Assembly (NCBI RefSeq): GCF_011386835.1 | Contig: NC_088791.1 | Coordinates: 183,148,001-183,212,000 of the forward strand | Length of the DNA: 64,000 nt | Source of the DNA: Chrysemys picta bellii | Taxonomy: Eukaryota | Direction: 5' to 3' | In this document: positions 63,779-64,000 of the stretch, in pieces | How positions within the stretch are numbered: the first letter of the stretch is position 1 | Layout: each line of letters begins with the position of its first letter | The notes under the pieces: generated by a model | Database searches by the model: none | Seen by the model: the letters and a program-made list of their open reading frames with translations, nothing else | Told to the model about the DNA's origin: nothing | Position numbers and translations under genes: made by a program

Positions 63779-64000
63779 ACTTTAGTTGTGAGGTTATTTA
63801 TTTTCATGTTTCAAAAATAGAGTGCATCTGCTATACTGCCTCTCTTCTTGTCATTTTCTGCACCTGTGGAAAGTGACTGTAAACAAATTACCAGTGCAGG
63901 TCCCACACCCTTTGCACTCACTTTACCCAAATGTCAATGACTATACAAGGGGCCAGATGAGGGATAATCAGGCTAATTGATTTTAGAGGGTATTGAAATT

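Overview
Vertebrate, AT-rich, repeat-dense non-coding DNA, very probably from a turtle. It carries tortoise-type tRNA-derived PolIII/SINEs with CR1 tails, turtle-type CR1 3' ends, and Penelope-like (PLE) termini typical of chelonians. I found no host exon I can support, so the window looks like a large intron or intergenic DNA. Almost all ORF-track entries are chance ORFs or TE remnants. Supported content: CR1 LINE fragments (one nested in another), an RTE endonuclease 5' remnant, a fossil hAT transposase (~45.36-46.70 kb, minus), at least 15 hAT MITEs with readable 8-bp TSDs (six belong to one fully palindromic ~330-bp family), Harbinger- and Tc1/mariner-type MITEs, putative solo LTRs, SINEs and five PLE insertions. 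The most unusual structures are the PLE-derived ones. Minimal type-I hammerhead ribozyme motifs have intact cores at 23203-23242 and on both arms of a near-perfect 321-bp inverted repeat (37111-37780). There is also an unexplained 42-bp direct repeat (14267/15120) and two cases of hAT MITEs inserted into the terminal repeats of other transposons. All family names come from motif recognition by eye, not database searches. I cannot show that any system here is previously undescribed.
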